DNA from: a virus
Taxonomy: Duplodnaviria > Heunggongvirae > Uroviricota > Caudoviricetes
Direction: 5' to 3' (one strand)
DNA length: 7,394 bases
IMG/VR virus record: IMGVR_UViG_2671180727_000001
Span: 1-7,394 of that record
This document shows positions 7,295 through 7,394 of the stretch, piece by piece. The notes beneath the pieces are model-generated. The model was not told where the DNA came from, searched no databases, and worked only from the letters and a program-made list of their open reading frames with translations. Every line of letters starts with the position of its first letter. Within the stretch, counting starts at the first letter, position 1. Position numbers and translations under genes: made by a program.

Positions 7295-7394
7295 TGAACC
7301 GCCCCGGGAATCCTGGAGACTAAACTTCCTGAGAAAGAGGTAAACAGGATGACTAAAAATACTCGTTTTTCCCCTGAAGTCCGTCAACGGGCAG
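7295..7394 (+). mobile_element. Left end (IRL plus leader) of an IS3-family insertion sequence, IS629/IS1203-like; continues beyond the window
   Basis: The sequence from 7295, TGAACCGCCCCGGGAATCCTGGAGACTAAACTTCCTGAGAAAGAGGTAAACAGGATG..., begins with the TG dinucleotide typical of IS3-family ends and matches my recollection of the IS629/IS1203 left terminus. It is followed by the orfA start. Only one end is visible, so the target-site duplication cannot be assessed. Confidence 0.8.
7359..7394 (+). CDS. IS3-family transposase OrfA, N-terminal 12 codons (partial)
   Basis: ATG at 7359 is preceded by GAGAAAGAGG (SD) with 8-nt spacing. The translation MTKNTRFSPEVRQRA matches the N-terminus of IS629/IS1203-type OrfA (HTH protein) as recalled. 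Not in the ORF track because there is no stop in the window. Confidence 0.8.
   Translation, partial: MLVFPLKSVNGQ

Overview
This window is the distal tail-tip and fibre module of a lambdoid (siphovirus-type) prophage, all encoded on the minus strand: a truncated L-like remnant, then K-like, I-like, a very large J-like central tail fibre (about 1575 aa), and the start of a lambda Stf-like side tail fibre that runs off the window start. At the right edge (7295 onward) the plus strand carries the left end of an IS3-family element that I recognise from memory as IS629/IS1203-like, with its inverted repeat and the first 12 codons of OrfA. The IS sits directly against the L remnant, so the tail operon looks insertionally disrupted. 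The most unusual feature is J itself: it has a coiled-coil insertion of roughly 590 residues built largely from about ten tandem 33-residue (99-bp) repeats, and it lacks a lambda-type C-terminal receptor-binding domain. All homology statements come from reading translations and comparing them with reference proteins recalled from memory; no database search was run. The ORF track omits the two edge-truncated genes (stf and IS orfA) and counts TTG/GTG as starts. I see no tRNA, rRNA or CRISPR.
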